NCBI GenBank assembly: GCA_016748015.1
Contig: JAAOMT010000762.1
Span: 671,401 to 735,400, forward strand
Direction of reading: 5' to 3'
Length of the DNA stretch: 64,000 nt
Source: Geosiphon pyriformis uo1
Lineage: Eukaryota; Fungi; Glomeromycota
A model generated the notes under the pieces. It ran no database searches and was not told the DNA's origin. It worked only from the letters and a program-made list of their open reading frames with translations. The position numbers were made by a program, and so were the translations under genes. How positions within the stretch are numbered: position 1 is the stretch's first letter; each line of letters begins with the position of its first letter. Below are positions 63,621 through 64,000 of this stretch, one piece after another.

Positions 63621-64000
63621 TAAAAAAATTTATATTAAAAAAAATAGTTTATAAAAAGATAAGATAAAAATAAAAAATGAACTTTTCTTATGACTACTCT
63701 TGACTTTTACTGTAAATAAAAAATTTATAAAAAAAAAAGCTTTTGTTATTTTTTAAAAATTTATATATAAACAAAAAAAATTAAATATTATTAAATTAAA
63801 TATTAAGATAATTAAAACAAAAATAAAAAACTTTTTTTTAAAATTATTTTATTAAAAAATTTAAGATATAAAAAGAATTTTTTTTTTTAAATATTAAAAC
63901 TAATTTTATAAAATTTAATTATAAATATGGTTTTTTACAAATTTAAAAAAGTATTAATTTTTTGTTATAGAATAATTTTTTTTTTTTTTATTTTTTAATT

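Overview
A very AT-rich eukaryotic transposon graveyard with no recognisable host gene, RNA gene or CRISPR array. It is most likely fungal; the protein families resemble those I associate with Glomeromycota such as Geosiphon, which is an inference. Almost the whole window is one nested stack. An ancient minus-strand Ty3/Gypsy relic (E, ~3.8-62.5 kb) is split in its RT by relic D (8305-45057, TSD TTAG/CTAG) and by LINE-2 (45554-62415). D is split in gag by Gypsy A (10470-28107, TSD CTAT), and A is split in integrase by Gypsy B (16004-25912, TSD ACAG). D also encloses two solo LTRs, a full-length LINE (32606-39354), a hAT relic and a truncated LINE. LINE-2 is split in ORF1 by Gypsy C (51360-61599). 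All copies are pseudogenised, mostly by C>T/G>A transitions. The most notable signal is an architecture shared by three divergent Gypsy families. Each has one Gag-PR-(Cys-rich)-RT-RNaseH ORF (B and C also carry dUTPase), then a separately encoded integrase with its own start codon and a C-terminal PxVxI/PxIxI motif, then a conserved non-Env accessory ORF3 before the PPT. Element C also has a U5 anti-PBS hairpin. The LINEs share an AUGA ORF1/ORF2 overlap and a covarying 3'UTR stem-loop/pseudoknot. All alignments were done by eye.
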